64,000 bases of DNA from Neoconidiobolus thromboides FSU 785 (lineage: Eukaryota; Fungi; Entomophthoromycota): NCBI GenBank assembly GCA_025603075.1, contig MU626298.1, forward strand, positions 62,001 through 126,000. The letters run 5' to 3'. The position numbers and the translations under genes are program-made. A model generated the notes under the pieces. It searched no databases. It saw nothing but the letters and a program-made list of their open reading frames with translations, and had not been told where the DNA came from. Below are positions 63,906-64,000 of the stretch, in pieces (the first letter of the stretch is position 1; each line of letters opens with the position of its first letter).

Positions 63906-64000
63906 ATATCGGGATGTTTTTTTGTCTTCGTTACTTTTTCCATTTTTAAGCACTATTTGAGTGGAAAGATTATCAGCAAAATTCTTAAGCGAAAAAATAC
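63906..64000 (-). mobile_element. MITE family copy 16 (cut by the window end)
   Basis: ATAT-CGGGATGTTTTTTTG..AAGCACTATTTGAGTGGAAAG..AAAATAC. Confidence 0.85.

Noticed and set aside
7859-64000. Dispersed palindromic repeat as a CRISPR array or bacterial REP element
   Set aside because: The copies are dispersed, ~100 bp long, in both orientations and flanked by TSDs in a eukaryotic genome. There is no repeat-spacer array and no cas gene.
1-64000. rRNA, tRNA, snoRNA or autonomous transposase/retroelement genes
   Set aside because: None was recognisable by eye. A tRNAscan-SE, Infernal or RepeatModeler run would be needed to exclude small or degenerate cases.

Overview
This is strongly AT-rich eukaryotic genomic DNA with many short (about 45-60 nt) GT-AG introns. 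A myosin-motor chitin synthase, TOK-type K+ channels and a Cu-only SOD identify it as fungal; an early-diverging lineage such as Entomophthoromycota/Conidiobolus is my inference, not a demonstration. Housekeeping genes are FIS1, eIF3b, RPL17 and the chitin synthase. They are mixed with local duplications: a tail-to-tail pair of zinc-finger-less transcription-factor-like genes, two inverted HSDL2-like SDR genes, three TOK channel genes with a gene-conversion tract, and two MOSC genes plus a MOSC pseudogene. The most notable observations are: (1) a NuiA (bacterial nuclease A inhibitor)-like gene with a mitochondrial-presequence-like N-terminus, next to FIS1; (2) a ~100-bp MITE family with 16 copies, GGGG/GAGG...CCCC/CCTC termini and 4-bp AWWT target duplications, supported by empty-site reconstruction; (3) a 179-aa, 42-Cys modular metallothionein; (4) a cytochrome P450 pseudogene whose identity is not evident from the ORF track. 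I found no rRNA, tRNA, CRISPR array or transposase. Exon boundaries and alignments were read by eye.
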